Position numbers and translations under genes: made by a program. The notes under the pieces were generated by a model that saw only the letters and a list, made by a program, of their open reading frames with translations, made no database searches and was not told the origin of the DNA. A DNA stretch of 47,188 nucleotides, taken from assembly GCA_002691085.1 (NCBI GenBank), contig NZGX01000046.1:2364-49551 (forward strand), written 5' to 3'. The DNA is from Rhodospirillaceae bacterium (GTDB lineage Bacteria; Pseudomonadota; Alphaproteobacteria; Rhodospirillales; Rhodospirillaceae). Positions within the stretch are counted from its first letter, which is position 1. Each line of letters starts with the position of its first letter. Shown piece after piece: positions 46,698 to 47,188 of this stretch.

Positions 46698-47188
46698 AAA
46701 TACTTTTTTATATTGCCTTTATTTTCTTTACTGTTTTTTATTCAGAAAAAGCTCTTTCTGAATTCCTAAGCATTTCTGATGTTAATCGTATTGTTGGGCA
46801 AGCAAAAGGTGAGGCATCTGCATTAGGTATTAATAATGCTGTAATTGCAATCTCAGACAGAGTTGGCAATATTCTTGCAGTCTATGCAATGAATCCTGAT
46901 GATATACCCAATATTACAATTACTTCAGGAAGAGGTATAGCAATAGGCAATGGACTGGAGAGCCTCTCATTACCAATCACTCCATTGGCCGCAATTTCAA
47001 AAGCAATTACGGGCGCCTATCTCTCTTCTTCAGGTAATGCATTCACTACAAGAACAGCCAGTCAAATTGTTCAAGAATTTTTTAATCCTGGGGAAAAAGG
47101 ACAGCCGGCTGGGCCCCTATTTGGTGTGCAGTTTAGTCAGTTAGCCTGCTCAGATCTAATGAGGTTTGGAGAAAACATTGGCATTGGT
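46694..47188 (+). CDS. Exported GlcG/HbpS-like (DUF336) domain protein, 3' partial (runs off the window)
   Basis: I translated 165 open codons by hand from the ATG at 46694 to the window end. Not in the ORF track because it is open-ended. Has a signal-like N-terminus. LSISDVNRIVGQAKGEASALGINNAVIAISDRVGNILAVY and AISKAITGAY resemble the GlcG/HbpS heme-binding fold family (from memory). Confidence 0.45.
   Translation, partial: MKILFYIAFIFFTVFYSEKALSEFLSISDVNRIVGQAKGEASALGINNAVIAISDRVGNILAVYAMNPDDIPNITITSGRGIAIGNGLESLSLPITPLAAISKAITGAYLSSSGNAFTTRTASQIVQEFFNPGEKGQPAGPLFGVQFSQLACSDLMRFGENIGIG

Noticed and set aside
46950-47144. 64-aa plus-strand ORF listed in the track
   Set aside because: It is in a different frame from, and embedded within, the longer open-ended ORF starting at 46694, which has a signal peptide and GlcG-like motifs.
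1-47188. Search for tRNA, rRNA, CRISPR arrays, IS elements, integrases, and phage or defense genes
   Set aside because: No intergenic spacer is long enough or has cloverleaf-like structure apart from the riboswitch leader. I noticed no direct-repeat/spacer pattern, transposase, recombinase or recognisable defense domains. This was a by-eye scan, so short or degenerate elements could have been missed.

Overview
AT-rich chromosomal segment (about one-third G+C by eye, not computed), densely packed with about 50 protein genes. I found no rRNA, tRNA, CRISPR array, transposase or integrase, and no classical DNA-binding transcription factor. The gene content points to a streamlined, probably marine, alphaproteobacterium. 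The evidence for this is the mutY / DUF721 / dsbA-like / smc block, an F0 ATP-synthase operon with duplicated b'/b subunits (atpI-B-E-F'-F), and a tandem glycine riboswitch upstream of gcvT-H-PA-PB. Positions 1-27.8 kb are mostly housekeeping genes: DNA repair, SMC, F0 ATPase, glycine cleavage, ispH, rnhA, thrC, an M16 peptidase, and LPS/lipid A enzymes. Positions 28.3-41.1 kb form an accessory-looking run of oxidoreductases and hydrolases with an orphan family-5 solute-binding protein and no regulator or transporter membrane component. The most interesting region is 41.2-47.2 kb, a tightly packed five-gene operon. It encodes (i) a fusion of an FAD/NAD(P)H oxidoreductase, two cyclic-nucleotide-binding domains and a 16-Cys DmsB/NrfC-like iron-sulfur module; (ii) a 5-TM protein with two H-x13-H pairs, a bis-heme-b-like signature; (iii) a protein with a cytoplasmic FHA domain, one TM helix and ten CxxCH heme-c motifs; and (iv, v) two signal-peptide proteins, the last GlcG/HbpS-like and running off the window. 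Together these look like a signal-gated NAD(P)H-to-periplasm electron conduit that I cannot match to any characterised system. Separately, the essential atpE (c subunit) gene is broken by a 1-nt frameshift and is therefore missing from the ORF track. All calls rest on motif recognition by eye; no database or covariance-model search was run.
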